Below, piece after piece: positions 1 to 10,549 of a stretch of DNA of 64,000 bases. The notes beneath the pieces were generated by a model. The model was not told the origin of the DNA. It was given only the letters and a program-made list of their open reading frames with translations, and searched no databases. Each line of letters begins with the position of its first letter. Within the stretch, counting starts at the first letter, position 1. The position numbers and the translations under genes are program-made. The stretch is from a virus (Duplodnaviria; Heunggongvirae; Uroviricota; Caudoviricetes), in IMG/VR virus record IMGVR_UViG_3300028833_002293, positions 36,535 to 100,534 of that record. One strand, written 5' to 3'.

Positions 1-519
1 AGTGGATATAGAACACACATAGTGACAACTTTTTTTGACTCCTTGATACCAAATCTCAAAGCTTCTTCCTTTGTGTAGAACTTCATATCTTTGGTATTCT
101 TGGTAGATACTGTTACACCTCTACCATCCCAACTATCCCAGCTATTATAACCATAGTCATACGTGCGGCTGTTGGGATATGTGATACTTATCCTCAACTC
201 ATAGTAATACTCTGTTTCATCCTCAGAGATATTGAGTTTAGCCCATATGTTAGCATAGAAATTCTCTTTTATTTTTCTGACCATTGCGCAAGTAGTAGGG
301 GTAAGGCTCTCAAAGCATATGGCAAAATGCTGCTTAAAAATGCTTTCATCAAACGGAGTCTTATGATAGCCTTTACCCTTCCTTCTGTATACGGCAATCA
401 ATCCATATCCATACTCTATGTCACAAGCATAAAAGTGATTCTCTATGTATTGCCCGAATGATTGTTTGCAATAACAAGGTTTACATCTATCTGGAAATTG
501 TCTCTCCATTCTAGTTTCG

Positions 520-1032
520 TTAGCTTTCTGCATTCTCAGCAATAATTCTATCTCTAACCTCGTTAAGAACCTTACCTAGTAAGTTCTGTCCTTTCCAAGT
601 AGACTCATCATCAGTAATCTCATTAGTGTGAATTCCAGCACCCCATATGCGGTCAAATGGACTTGATTCACAGAAGCCCTTGCCCTTATATCTCTCGCCT
701 AGCAAAGCCTCTTGGAGTTTAGGACACTTGGTATACTTGAGATAGTTTGCTTCAAGCATTACTTCGTAACGCTTTTCATCCCAAACCTTATCGTCATAGT
801 TCTTAACCTCTCTACCCAATGCCTTTGCAACCTTTGGGTCTTTACCCTCGTTGATTATCCTCTCAGCGGTTTCTTCATCACCAAATGTCTTGGCTTTAAC
901 GAACATGAAATACTGCTCCGCATTGTGGAACTCGTACTCTTTGCCCTCATACTCAGCAGTAAAAATTGAAGGATACCAATTTGAAGGCCATCCACTCCAG
1001 AAAAATACGTGCTCGTCTGTAACTCTAATCAT
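520..1032 (-). CDS. NADAR / YbiA-like (DUF1768) domain protein
   Basis: 170 aa ORF; motifs FFWSG...SNW and HNAEQYFMFVKAK typical of the NADAR/YbiA family (ADP-ribose/NAD-related N-glycosidase superfamily). Confidence 0.5.
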   Translation of the reverse strand: MIRVTDEHVFFWSGWPSNWYPSIFTAEYEGKEYEFHNAEQYFMFVKAKTFGDEETAERIINEGKDPKVAKALGREVKNYDDKVWDEKRYEVMLEANYLKYTKCPKLQEALLGERYKGKGFCESSPFDRIWGAGIHTNEITDDESTWKGQNLLGKVLNEVRDRIIAENAES

Positions 1033-1406
1033 ATTTTTTGTATTTTTTTAGTTTTTCTATTAAATTTAAAATTATTAGCTTTCATTACGCCAATAAGTTC
1101 TGCCATTTCAGAAAACTTTGGTTTTCTAATAATGCTAATTTCATAGACATTTCTTGACCATGCGGTGAAGCCAATATTCAAGTGTTTTACTCCTTCAGTC
1201 ATAGAATCAAAAAAATGCCCTCCAAGGTTTATGGCTGCAATTACCCCAATGTTTACAGATTTATAATTAGGGGCACTCCCATCATCAGAAATTATTCCAT
1301 TTGCAATGAATATTATATAATTTCTTTGGTGTGTATTTCTACTAATATCTGGATATTCAGCCACTAATACATCACCATATTTTATGTTTGACAAATTTTT
1401 ATACAT
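1029..1406 (-). CDS. hypothetical protein (tandem paralog 1)
   Basis: 125 aa ORF; clear similarity to the adjacent ORF 1382..1738 (shared DYIIFIA and IRKPxFSEMxELI motifs). Confidence 0.5.
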   Translation of the reverse strand: MYKNLSNIKYGDVLVAEYPDISRNTHQRNYIIFIANGIISDDGSAPNYKSVNIGVIAAINLGGHFFDSMTEGVKHLNIGFTAWSRNVYEISIIRKPKFSEMAELIGVMKANNFKFNRKTKKIQKI

Positions 1407-1738
1407 TTTCTATTATATATGTAACCGTTTTCTTTTAGTCTATTAATTAATTCTGTCATTTCAGAAAAAGTCGGTTTTCTTATCGTACTTGTTTTATGTT
1501 TTTCTATGAAATATATTGTGTAGCCAATGGACAAATTAGTTCCAACTTCAAGAGTATTTGAAAGGTCTATCGAAGCCATAACTGGTATTGAATAGCAAAT
1601 ATAACCATTACCACTTGATATAGACGGTTTATAATCACTAGCAATGAAAATTATATAATCCCTTTTAAATTGATGCTGCTCATCATTGTTGTATTTCGCA
1701 ACTAAAATATCACCACGTTTTATATCAAATATTTCCAT
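1382..1738 (-). CDS. hypothetical protein (tandem paralog 2)
   Basis: 118 aa ORF paralogous to 1029..1406. Confidence 0.5.
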   Translation of the reverse strand: MEIFDIKRGDILVAKYNNDEQHQFKRDYIIFIASDYKPSISSGNGYICYSIPVMASIDLSNTLEVGTNLSIGYTIYFIEKHKTSTIRKPTFSEMTELINRLKENGYIYNRKCIKICQT

Positions 1739-2091
1739 TAAAATAGTTTTTCTATAAATTTGACCTTTCTAGCCCTTCTGTCGTAGTAGCGACCACTGTT
1801 TTTAAGTTTGTCTACTACAAACATTGCTTCTTGTGGAGAGGCTTTAATTAAATCTCGTGTATCAAAGTCAATTCTAAGCGCATGATTGGTATTAATTGCC
1901 TCACCTTTAACAAAATACAAGAAATGGCAACTTATATCCACGCTATATGAATCACTATCAATTGATTTAAAACAGCCAATAACAAGAGTTTTATTTTTAT
2001 CAGCTACTTTGAAAAAGTCACCATCTTTAAATTCTTTTTTAGCCTTAATGAACTTTTCTTTAGCTCTTCTGCTTATCTCTTCTACAGTCAT
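1738..2091 (-). CDS. hypothetical protein
   Basis: 117 aa ORF; promoter motif at 2105..2150 and hairpin terminator upstream of that. Confidence 0.5.
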   Translation of the reverse strand: MTVEEISRRAKEKFIKAKKEFKDGDFFKVADKNKTLVIGCFKSIDSDSYSVDISCHFLYFVKGEAINTNHALRIDFDTRDLIKASPQEAMFVVDKLKNSGRYYDRRARKVKFIEKLF

Positions 2092-2128
2092 ATTGTTGTA
2101 TGTTTAGTTTGTGCAAATATATAAAAAA

Positions 2129-2160
2129 ACGTGGAAGATAACAAATCCTCCACGTTAAAT
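2129..2160 (-). terminator. rho-independent-type terminator hairpin (minus strand) followed by a U-run, nested in a promoter cassette
   Basis: acgtggaagataacaaatcctccacgt inverted repeat; the minus strand then reads TTTTTTT. Confidence 0.55.
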
Positions 2161-2164
2161 TATA

Positions 2165-2395
2165 TTAAAAAAAGCGTTTCTTGAAAGAATCAAAAACTTC
2201 TACCCACGAAATTAGGAATAAGAGCAATGCTCTCCAACAATAAAGTAGAAAATGATATATGTTCACAATCGGAACAAATACTACTTTAACGTTTTCCTTT
2301 ATGAAAGGATTATAGCCTTCAGATAGCATGAGTAGAATTAATGCTATCATTGGAACAATGTAAAGCCAAAATACCCAAATCATTAATGTATTCAT
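2165..2395 (-). CDS. small hydrophobic membrane protein
   Basis: 76 aa ORF, very hydrophobic (two predicted TM segments); promoter motif at 2418..2460; terminator hairpin 2129..2160 immediately downstream. Confidence 0.45.
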   Translation of the reverse strand: MNTLMIWVFWLYIVPMIALILLMLSEGYNPFIKENVKVVFVPIVNIYHFLLYCWRALLLFLISWVEVFDSFKKRFF

Positions 2396-2579
2396 AGATT
2401 TTATTATTTAATATTACATCGCAAAGATATAAAAAAAAGATGAGATAAACAAATATCTATTGATAATTATTGTTAAAACAAGAATTATAAAAAAGATAAA
2501 ATATCATATAAGGTATACACTGATGAAAATGAATTGTATAAAGAATTGGATATTATATATAAAGAAAAACTGTAAGCAA

Positions 2580-3920
2580 TCAATGCTTACAGTTTTTTAT
2601 TAAATTAAGTATATATTCACACTTTTCTTTGTTTCCTAACATTTTCCCTTTATCATTTGATAGTTTAACACAATCTTGCCACTCACGGCTTTCAGTAATT
2701 CTAAATCCAGTGAGTTTTATTACAATATTGCTATATGGGAACTTCTTTACTTCAACTGGATAATTACCTCTTATAGTTTTTCCATCCTTTACCTCGTCTA
2801 TTGCCATTGGAGTACCTAGTGTTTCACACCAAAGATAACTTACGTCAGCGCATAAATGAGTTCCTATTCCCACTGAATCTTTCATTCGCCCATTGACCCA
2901 TTTGTGTAATTCTATAGCCTTGTCAATTGTAAGAGCATTTGAATACACGATTGCCTTTGTCGATGGGTCAATACCAAGAGAACGATACTTTTCAATAATC
3001 TTCTCAGTTTGTTCTTTCTCATCACCACTATCAACACGTAGGCCATCAAATGTTTTCGCAAGACGCTTAGACAAATTAGGGAAGAACATAACATCTGAGA
3101 AATTATCATAAAGGAAAATTCCGACATCACCGTTAAAACAGCGACTCCACTTATCCATTACTTGATAGTTACATTCAAACACGCCACTAACGCACTCTTC
3201 GGCAGATACAATCTGATGCGACATCGTGCCTATAACTCCAAGGTTAAATTCCTTTGCGAACCATACGTTAGATGTACCAACAAATTTACCTAATTTATCG
3301 GATTCTACAACTTGACCAACATTGCTACCTTTTCCGCTTTCAATGGCTTCTTGTGCTGCCTTTAAACCCCTAATAACCTCATGTTGAGCCTCGTATGAAA
3401 AGCGTCTACGAGTTCCCATGTCACTCCAACTAACACCATTTGCAATTAGTTTATTACCTTTAATAAAAGCCTCTTGAAAAACAGTATCCATATTAACCAA
3501 TTTCATATCACCATTGATAGTGTGCATCAACTCAGAAATGGTGGAGAGAATAGGCATTTCCCACATAATTGTAGAATACCACTTACCCTCAATCATGATT
3601 GAGAGATAACCCTCAAGGTCTTGGAAAATGTGAACCTCAGATGGGTTGAAACGGAAACCACGCAAGAAATTGTAATACCAATCTGGAAGGAAATAAATCT
3701 TGCTCTTCATGAACTCAATCTCTTCCTCAGTGATAACGACATCTTTCATACCGTCAATCTGCTCTTGTAGAAGCTTACCAAAACCCTCTGGATAGCGAGT
3801 ATGGTTACGGTCAAAGAAAGAATACCGTACCTCTGCACGAGGATAAGTGTGAAGAATGTAATACTGGCAAGTGTACGTGTAAAGGTCATTGTCAGTGAAA
3901 TGTGTAACAATTTGATTCAT
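2580..3920 (-). CDS. nicotinate/nicotinamide phosphoribosyltransferase family enzyme (PncB/NadV-like)
   Basis: 446 aa ORF; size and overall composition match the type-II PRTase NAPRTase/NAMPT family; paired in this window with a nicotinamidase, an NMN deamidase and a Nudix enzyme. Confidence 0.55.
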   Translation of the reverse strand: MNQIVTHFTDNDLYTYTCQYYILHTYPRAEVRYSFFDRNHTRYPEGFGKLLQEQIDGMKDVVITEEEIEFMKSKIYFLPDWYYNFLRGFRFNPSEVHIFQDLEGYLSIMIEGKWYSTIMWEMPILSTISELMHTINGDMKLVNMDTVFQEAFIKGNKLIANGVSWSDMGTRRRFSYEAQHEVIRGLKAAQEAIESGKGSNVGQVVESDKLGKFVGTSNVWFAKEFNLGVIGTMSHQIVSAEECVSGVFECNYQVMDKWSRCFNGDVGIFLYDNFSDVMFFPNLSKRLAKTFDGLRVDSGDEKEQTEKIIEKYRSLGIDPSTKAIVYSNALTIDKAIELHKWVNGRMKDSVGIGTHLCADVSYLWCETLGTPMAIDEVKDGKTIRGNYPVEVKKFPYSNIVIKLTGFRITESREWQDCVKLSNDKGKMLGNKEKCEYILNLIKNCKH

Positions 3921-3923
3921 ATA

Positions 3924-4367
3924 TTATTTCTCTTTTATTTTTTCTAAATTTATTACTGTTTTCTCTCCAATACGTAATGGCATTTGTTTTACAAGTTCTA
4001 GCCCTTCTAGACCAATAACTTGACCACGACCAAGCCTATCTTGAATATAGGCTATAACGTAATGTTTATTCTGACCGTGTTCAGCAACACCAATTATTTT
4101 GAAATCACCTGCATTTTTTCTTGCATCCTCTTCGTCTTGATAATGTAAGAAATTAGAATAGTATGGAACTTGACACTTGCCAGTAAAATGAACAAATGCA
4201 CCCTTATAGGATGAATAAGATTCACCCCAATCCTTAACCTTTACAATATCTCCCACACGAAATGGAAACAAAATTGTACCCCCATCACTATTAATATATT
4301 CAAATAGTTTAATATTCATATTCTTGTTGGGTATATGCCCTAGTAGTATCTTGCTCATAATCATCAA
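3924..4367 (-). CDS. hypothetical protein
   Basis: 147 aa ORF tightly packed downstream of the PRTase gene. Confidence 0.5.
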   Translation of the reverse strand: MMIMSKILLGHIPNKNMNIKLFEYINSDGGTILFPFRVGDIVKVKDWGESYSSYKGAFVHFTGKCQVPYYSNFLHYQDEEDARKNAGDFKIIGVAEHGQNKHYVIAYIQDRLGRGQVIGLEGLELVKQMPLRIGEKTVINLEKIKEK

Positions 4368-4674
4368 CCTCTTCTATATCATCGGCTGTTTCTCTAGTGC
4401 TGCTCCTACCATAGTAACTATTTGAATTGTTATAATAGGGGTTATATCTATCATGGGAGTTCTTAGAAAGCTCTCCCATGAAATAGAATGTCTCAGCACA
4501 AGAAACCATTAGGCATAGAACTAAGGCAATTCTGATTAAGCCTCTGAATAAATCTCTTCCCATTACCCAATAGCCATTAGCCAATCTTAATATCTTCATA
4601 ATTCTCGTGATACCACTTGTCGAATTCCTCGAACTCAGCGTCTGAGAACTCCTTACGTACTGCATCATACTCAA
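4309..4674 (-). CDS. hypothetical protein (N/Y-rich low-complexity tail)
   Basis: 121 aa ORF; overlaps neighbours at both ends, so the true start may be internal. Confidence 0.3.
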   Translation of the reverse strand: MSMMQYVRSSQTLSSRNSTSGITRIMKILRLANGYWVMGRDLFRGLIRIALVLCLMVSCAETFYFMGELSKNSHDRYNPYYNNSNSYYGRSSTRETADDIEEVDDYEQDTTRAYTQQEYEY

Positions 4675-5488
4675 TGTAATCGCAATACTTCACCTTAACG
4701 ATGACACGAGTGGAACTACCATTGCCACTGTAAAGAGGAATGATGGGACGTGCTACAATACCCTCCTCAAGCATTGTTGGGTCAGCAGCTCCCTCAAATT
4801 TGGTAGTGAAGCCCTTACGTACCATATCCTCAATGTCACGCAAGGTCATAACACCCAAGAAAGGAACTTGCTCAAGGCCAAGACACTTGCACATTGCATC
4901 ACGGTTCTCCTTTGGCAACCACCAACCTTGCCGTTTGATGTCGAACACACGGAATCCATTACCATTCTGAATGTAGCGAGAACCACACTTCTGAATACCA
5001 GTACCGAAATACTCACCGTAGATATAAACTGGAACCTCTTCAAGGGTTACACGATACATATCGGAACATAATGTTTCTGCTTTATTTCCATCGAGCCTAT
5101 AGTACTCTATTTTATTTGTTTCTTTGTCTTTTCTTGGAGTAAATCTAGCACTCTCTTTAGGGAACATTGCGCAAAGTTGTGGCTTGATGCGCTCACCAAT
5201 CTCTTGCAGCATTTCAAACTGTCCATGCTGAGAGCTTGCTTTATCAGTTTTGCCTTCAATTAAAATTTCTTGAGTTGATGGGAAAAAAGCAATTTTGCTA
5301 CAAGTTCCATCAATTTTGCTATATGCCTCCCAAGGACAATTGAAAAGGTAACTAGCCTCAATGTTTGAAAACTCGCCCAAGATTATTTTATTCTTGAACT
5401 TAAGCCACTTCTTGTTTGGACATTTACTACCATCAAATACATACCTTTTATACAAGGTGTTTATTTTTTGATAAACTTCTAGGCTCAT
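4577..5488 (-). CDS. ATP-dependent RNA ligase-like protein
   Basis: 303 aa ORF with nucleotidyltransferase motif I KIDGT (KxDG) near residue 60, as in T4 Rnl-type RNA ligases. Confidence 0.5.
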   Translation of the reverse strand: MSLEVYQKINTLYKRYVFDGSKCPNKKWLKFKNKIILGEFSNIEASYLFNCPWEAYSKIDGTCSKIAFFPSTQEILIEGKTDKASSQHGQFEMLQEIGERIKPQLCAMFPKESARFTPRKDKETNKIEYYRLDGNKAETLCSDMYRVTLEEVPVYIYGEYFGTGIQKCGSRYIQNGNGFRVFDIKRQGWWLPKENRDAMCKCLGLEQVPFLGVMTLRDIEDMVRKGFTTKFEGAADPTMLEEGIVARPIIPLYSGNGSSTRVIVKVKYCDYIEYDAVRKEFSDAEFEEFDKWYHENYEDIKIG

Positions 5489-5506
5489 AAATTTTATTTT
5501 TATTAA

Positions 5507-5710
5507 TTATTCTGTTTCTTCTCTCCACAAATTATTTTCCATTTTGTCGGAATAAGAAAATTCTATAATTTTGTCAATGTTATCACATTTAATTTTTTTC
5601 AGCACATCCAATTCAATTTCTCCATTATTGACGTCCTCAACAATAGACAGCAATGTTTTATATGGGGCTAATAAATTCCTAAGATGTGCTCCTAAAGTTT
5701 CTGTTGCCAT
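5507..5710 (-). CDS. hypothetical small protein
   Basis: 67 aa ORF downstream of a tRNA-like unit and promoter 6014..6052. Confidence 0.35.
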   Translation of the reverse strand: MATETLGAHLRNLLAPYKTLLSIVEDVNNGEIELDVLKKIKCDNIDKIIEFSYSDKMENNLWREETE

Positions 5711-5725
5711 TTTTTTATTATTTGT

Positions 5726-5808
5726 AGGACAATGTGGACTCGAACCACAGACCTCACCATACTAGTGTTTCCACGTTCTGCTGCGCTCTCCCAACTGAGC
5801 TATCGTCC
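5726..5808 (-). ncRNA. non-canonical tRNA-like element (acceptor, D-arm and T-arm present; anticodon region aberrant)
   Basis: reverse complement gives GGACGAT-A-GCTCAGTTGGGAGAGC...GTGGTTCGAGTCCAC-ATTGTCC; the interior does not fold as a normal anticodon arm; paralogous to the unit at 39745..39815. Confidence 0.4.
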
Positions 5809-6013
5809 TTAACGCAATCTTCATGCGGCTAGCGTTTCCTTCTTCCGCACTCATCCAAGTGATTGCTTGATAACCGACTGTTTTACAATCTCGGTCAAAC
5901 TAACTCCATTGCAAGCATCAATCTGTTCCGAAGTCGAGACTGTTATATCTTAGCAATGTCGTGTGGCAGGACTGCCCTCACCACGTCTTTCAGCTACCGT
6001 TTTGAAGCTTCAT

Positions 6014-6052
6014 GTTGCAAAGGTACGAAAAAATTTTCAAATACCCAAATAA
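6014..6052 (-). promoter_or_regulatory. Bacteroidota sigma-A-type promoter (-33 TTTG / -7 TAnnTTTG), variant copy
   Basis: plus: gttgcaaaggtacgaaaaaattttcaaatacccaaat; minus: ATTTGGG...(20 nt)...TACCTTTGCA. Confidence 0.5.
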
Positions 6053-6058
6053 TTTATG

Positions 6059-6691
6059 TTAAAATAGGTTAATATTGCAAAGTTTATATATTCCAATGCA
6101 CGAATAGATAAATGTAGCAATCAGAAGAATTCCCAATACTAATCCACCCCAAAAATAATAGATTAGCCCAAATATCATAAATAAGCCAATTATAACGCTT
6201 GCTGTGCCAAATACAAATTGATAATACAACAACGAATGTTTTATTGGATACTCTTTATCTTTGAAGTATTCTTTAGCATAATATCCAAGGGCTTTAGGTA
6301 CAGTCATTATAGACACCGATTTACTATGGTCATAGTTATTGTCGTGAATCATTCTACGTATAATCTGCACCCTTTTTATAAAATCACTATCAAAAGGTCT
6401 TATGGTAATGTCACCTACATAAGATAACTCATGTGTTCTTAATGCTGATATTTTTTCCCCTACGTCTAAACCATGCATTTTGAACAATGAACAGAATGAG
6501 CCAAATACTTTTTGATTTTTCAGTGCTTTATAAAAATCGAGAACAATGGGGTTATTGGTCTCGACACCTGAATTATGATAAACATTCAAAGTAGTCTCTC
6601 TAACTCCCAAAACCTCTTTTTCCACTTTTATTTTATTTGATATGGCTTGTTTACGTTTTCTTAACTTAACCTTTTTACTCTGTCTTGTCAT
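6059..6691 (-). CDS. hypothetical protein with C-terminal transmembrane anchor
   Basis: 210 aa ORF; hydrophobic C-terminus. Confidence 0.5.
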   Translation of the reverse strand: MTRQSKKVKLRKRKQAISNKIKVEKEVLGVRETTLNVYHNSGVETNNPIVLDFYKALKNQKVFGSFCSLFKMHGLDVGEKISALRTHELSYVGDITIRPFDSDFIKRVQIIRRMIHDNNYDHSKSVSIMTVPKALGYYAKEYFKDKEYPIKHSLLYYQFVFGTASVIIGLFMIFGLIYYFWGGLVLGILLIATFIYSCIGIYKLCNINLF

Positions 6692-6914
6692 TCTTCTTGA
6701 ATACGTCTTTGAAAGGCTTTACAATGCTTTTCCAACTGAATAGCCTATCAACTAATTTCTCACTGTCTAAGTCTATTACAAGACCCTCTAGTATTCCAAG
6801 TTTCTCTTTATATGTTGATGCCTCTTTTGAAACATCAACAAGGGTTGACTCCAACTGCTTGATTTTATTCTTCAAGCCATTGTACTCTGTCATCGGGATT
6901 TCTATCCTAGGCAT
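6675..6914 (-). CDS. hypothetical protein (coiled-coil-like)
   Basis: 79 aa ORF. Confidence 0.4.
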   Translation of the reverse strand: MPRIEIPMTEYNGLKNKIKQLESTLVDVSKEASTYKEKLGILEGLVIDLDSEKLVDRLFSWKSIVKPFKDVFKKNDKTE

Positions 6915-7489
6915 ACTCTTTCAGAATTTTCGATGAAGTTAGTAAACTTGTCAGCAGTATCTTGAGCGATTGCTGGACACAAATTCTTAATCACATGGAA
7001 ATTAACGTGAGGTAATCCCCTCAGTCCATCTTTTACAGAATCTTGGATGCAATAATCGTAGGCAATACCAGCGACATCAACATCAGTCACATTTAACTGC
7101 TCTTCACAGATTGTAATGAGCTTGTCACAAGATTTACCATTCTTGAAGATAGAATACTCTTCATGGTCTTCGTTTACGCCCTTTCTCAGAACAAGGTAAT
7201 CAGCCTTAATCTTGTTCAGTGCATCAAGAATTGGCTCATAGATAGCTGCACCTTTTGAATGCTGAACACAGTGAACTGGCCACATACCGCCATTATCCTT
7301 AAACGAACAGTGAGTGAACGGATGCCAGTCAACGGTAAGAATAATCTTATCATACACTGGACCATTTTCTATGATAAACTGAGCGAGTTTATCCATTGCT
7401 GCTGTTGCTCCATTAACAGCAAGCTTGCCACCTTCCAGGAAGTCGTATTGGCAATCAATCAGTAACAGTATTTTCGTCATTTGTTTCAC
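6902..7489 (-). CDS. pncA: nicotinamidase / isochorismatase-family hydrolase
   Basis: 195 aa; N-terminal LLLIDCQYDF and a catalytic Cys context typical of the PncA/isochorismatase fold. Confidence 0.6.
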   Translation of the reverse strand: MKQMTKILLLIDCQYDFLEGGKLAVNGATAAMDKLAQFIIENGPVYDKIILTVDWHPFTHCSFKDNGGMWPVHCVQHSKGAAIYEPILDALNKIKADYLVLRKGVNEDHEEYSIFKNGKSCDKLITICEEQLNVTDVDVAGIAYDYCIQDSVKDGLRGLPHVNFHVIKNLCPAIAQDTADKFTNFIENSERVCLG

Positions 7490-7874
7490 TTTTTATTTCT
7501 TCAGTTATTTCTTTTTTTACTTTCTTAGCACTAGCTTTCTTAGTACTTGCCTTTCTAGTACTTTTAGGTCTCTCTTCCTTGAGAGGAACATTTTTCACGT
7601 CTGATGGAAGTTCTTGGAAGAATGTATCAGTTTTGGGCATTTTTTCATTGATGTGCTGAACTGCATCGTTAAACTCCTTTTGCTCTTCCTCAGTCATTTC
7701 TCTAATCTCAGTCTTTTTCTGTTCCTCTAATTCCTTCAATTCTTTCAAAAACTGATGCTTAGATATATCATAGGTGACACAGCTATTATGGAATTTCTTC
7801 GCAAATAGCTCAGTGCAAGAACCTTCTGTTCTCTTTACACCCTTAAACGGACAATTCTTACATAATGTACCCAT
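7455..7874 (-). CDS. hypothetical Cys-containing / Lys-Glu-rich protein
   Basis: 139 aa ORF; promoter motif 7890..7925. Confidence 0.45.
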   Translation of the reverse strand: MGTLCKNCPFKGVKRTEGSCTELFAKKFHNSCVTYDISKHQFLKELKELEEQKKTEIREMTEEEQKEFNDAVQHINEKMPKTDTFFQELPSDVKNVPLKEERPKSTRKASTKKASAKKVKKEITEEIKSETNDENTVTD

Positions 7875-7997
7875 ATCTTATTATTTTTTCTGCAAAGATA
7901 CTAAAAATATTTTAAATATAAAAATATTATATAATATATTATATTTTATTAATATTATTTAATATATTATTATATATTACTTAAAGAACCTAATAGA

Positions 7998-9392
7998 TTA
8001 GACTGTTAGGCTCTTCAGTTTGTTCTCTACAATCTCAAATGCTTCATCCTTAGTCATGTTAGGATTCTCAAAGTAAGCATCTTTAACAGTTTCAAGGAGT
8101 ATTCCTATTGTTGGAGAAGGTTTGATTTTAAATTCTTTTATGATGTCATTCCCAGAAATTGGAAGTTTTACATTTGCAGCTTTCTCAGCATCTTCCATTT
8201 CCTCAATTCTATTAAGAATATCAAGAACTTGTCTCTTCTTCTTACCATAGGTACAGTGCAAGTTGTTTGCATTCATCAAGTCAACAGTTGTGCCAAGGTC
8301 TTCACCAGTGAGGTTAATGAACTTCCTAATCTTCTTATCTGGAGGCATCACACCATCAGCATAAGGCGCAAATCCCCTATGGAACTTAATGGCAGTCTCT
8401 ACCGCCTTAATAATATAGTTAGGGAACTTCATTGCCTTAAGGTCATCAGCAGCCACTTCAGCACTGAATTTGTCTGGATTAACGTCTCTCCTTCTGTCAG
8501 TAATGATTCTGCCAACGTCATGGAACAACGCAGCTAAACGGTTCTCAAGATACGGCTGCACAGTATCAACCACGTTCATGGTATGGTCGAAAGTAGATAC
8601 CATTGGATTCTTTGACTCAAACGCATAAGTTGTGTCGTAAATGTCTGGCATTACTCTATGCAGTATTCCACAGTAGTACATTTTGCGAATACCAATACTA
8701 GGCTTTTTACAAAGCAGTATCTTTGAGATTTCGTCACTGATACGCTCTTGAGAGATTATCTTGATTCGATGTGCATTTTTAACCATACCCAACCATGTAT
8801 TCTTCTCAATACCCCAACCAAATCTAGTTGAGAAACGTATAACACGCAGTATTCTCAATGGGTCATCGTTGAACGTAATGTCTGGGTCAGTCGGTGTCTT
8901 AATCACTTGGTTCACAAGGTCATCCAAACCGTTGTTATAATCGTGAATCTTCTCTGTGCTAATGTTGTAGTACAGAGAGTTGATTGTAAGGTCACGTCTC
9001 TTAGCATCCTCTTGAATCGTACCATACACTGTGTCTGGATTTCTGCTCTCCTTATGATACTGCTCCTTACGAGTCTGAACACACTCAATCTCAATGTCTT
9101 TCAGCTCATCGTTTTTATAAAGCTGAAATTTAGCAGTTCCATATGTCTCAAACACGACTGGATTAGTTCCTTGTATATAACACTGATGCTTCATTGCCAT
9201 GTAACTTGCAAAGAGCATCCCCCCATTTTTGATTTCAATAACGATGTCAACGTCTTTTATGGGTTCATTGAGTAACGCATCCCTCACAGCACCGCCACAA
9301 ATATATACTTTTCCTTCAAAATGAGTTCCTTTAATTGAAGACTGTATTAGTTTTAACAGCTTTTTTATTTTTTCATCCTTGAAAATTTCCAT
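7998..9392 (-). CDS. cca: CCA-adding tRNA nucleotidyltransferase with HD domain
   Basis: 464 aa; Pol-beta head motif GGAVRDALL...DVDIV plus an HD-domain (HDVGR) region, as in bacterial CCA-adding enzymes. Confidence 0.65.
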   Translation of the reverse strand: MEIFKDEKIKKLLKLIQSSIKGTHFEGKVYICGGAVRDALLNEPIKDVDIVIEIKNGGMLFASYMAMKHQCYIQGTNPVVFETYGTAKFQLYKNDELKDIEIECVQTRKEQYHKESRNPDTVYGTIQEDAKRRDLTINSLYYNISTEKIHDYNNGLDDLVNQVIKTPTDPDITFNDDPLRILRVIRFSTRFGWGIEKNTWLGMVKNAHRIKIISQERISDEISKILLCKKPSIGIRKMYYCGILHRVMPDIYDTTYAFESKNPMVSTFDHTMNVVDTVQPYLENRLAALFHDVGRIITDRRRDVNPDKFSAEVAADDLKAMKFPNYIIKAVETAIKFHRGFAPYADGVMPPDKKIRKFINLTGEDLGTTVDLMNANNLHCTYGKKKRQVLDILNRIEEMEDAEKAANVKLPISGNDIIKEFKIKPSPTIGILLETVKDAYFENPNMTKDEAFEIVENKLKSLTV

Positions 9393-9393
9393 T

Positions 9394-10353
9394 TTATTTA
9401 ATTAGTTGTAAAGGATTCATAAATTGGCATAGTTCATGCTCATAATAGAAAACTAAATCTGAGGGCTTTATTTCCATCCCACCTAGTAGCTTATACACTT
9501 GTGGCATATAAGTGACAGGAACGCCCTTTAAAATGCGTTTATGGGCATTTAAATAGTCTTCTTTCTCATATACAGTTAATATTGAGCTAGATGTAGCTAG
9601 TTTAAACTGCCTTGAATGAAGTTTAAATTTGCTTGCTTTATATTCTACGCCTTCAAAAATTTTTATTGGGTCAATTTCAAGTTTTTCAAATTCTTCCTCA
9701 CTACCGTTAAATTTTAATATGATTTCGTCAGCATTAAGAGAAAAATATTCTAATTTTGTGTGCATAATAAATGAAAATAAACTGCCACAGAATTCATTTG
9801 TAATCCATTTTTCAAGATTCATTGTTCTCTTTGGATTCATTTTACCAAAGATAACTTGTCTTATATATTTGGACTTCTTGATATAATCAAGGTCAGTGAA
9901 TTTTCCAATGAAATCCTCATATGTTTTGGTATCATACACAATGGATGGGTTAGCATATCTCAATGTTTGGAAATTTGCCTTTTTCATATCATATGATACA
10001 AACATACATCCATCTTGTTCGTTGGTATAGAGATTTCTATCACCGCATATCGGTTTTATGTCTTTAACATATTTGTTATCTGAAATAAACTCCTTATATG
10101 CATCTGAACTTGTCACTTTTGTGATAATATTATTCCTTACTTGATGATAATATTCAAGGAAGTTATTTGGCTTTCCTTCAAATCTTTCATCAATTAATGA
10201 CATAAGTTCATCATATGAAGTCTTAGCTCCATATTCCTCTTCAAGTAATTCCAATCTATCCTCAAAATAAGGATTTTGGAGAACTTGAATGGGTATATTC
10301 ATATCACTTACGAATCTTGCCCTTAATTGTTTTAATTCAGTTGATGTTTCCAT
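9394..10353 (-). CDS. hypothetical protein
   Basis: 319 aa ORF; promoter motif 10384..10425. Confidence 0.55.
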   Translation of the reverse strand: METSTELKQLRARFVSDMNIPIQVLQNPYFEDRLELLEEEYGAKTSYDELMSLIDERFEGKPNNFLEYYHQVRNNIITKVTSSDAYKEFISDNKYVKDIKPICGDRNLYTNEQDGCMFVSYDMKKANFQTLRYANPSIVYDTKTYEDFIGKFTDLDYIKKSKYIRQVIFGKMNPKRTMNLEKWITNEFCGSLFSFIMHTKLEYFSLNADEIILKFNGSEEEFEKLEIDPIKIFEGVEYKASKFKLHSRQFKLATSSSILTVYEKEDYLNAHKRILKGVPVTYMPQVYKLLGGMEIKPSDLVFYYEHELCQFMNPLQLIK

Positions 10354-10549
10354 TTTAATACATTTTTTTCTTTTTGCAAATATATGAAAAAAAGTTGAAT
10401 TGACAAAATATCAACCCAACTTTTAACTTTTTTTATGGTTCTTTTTACTCTTAAAAGAACCAATACCCAATAATGCGAATAAGGCATAAATACCTCCAAT
10501 TGTCCAACAAATTGGGCATAGTATCAAATTAACCATAATGTATTATTTT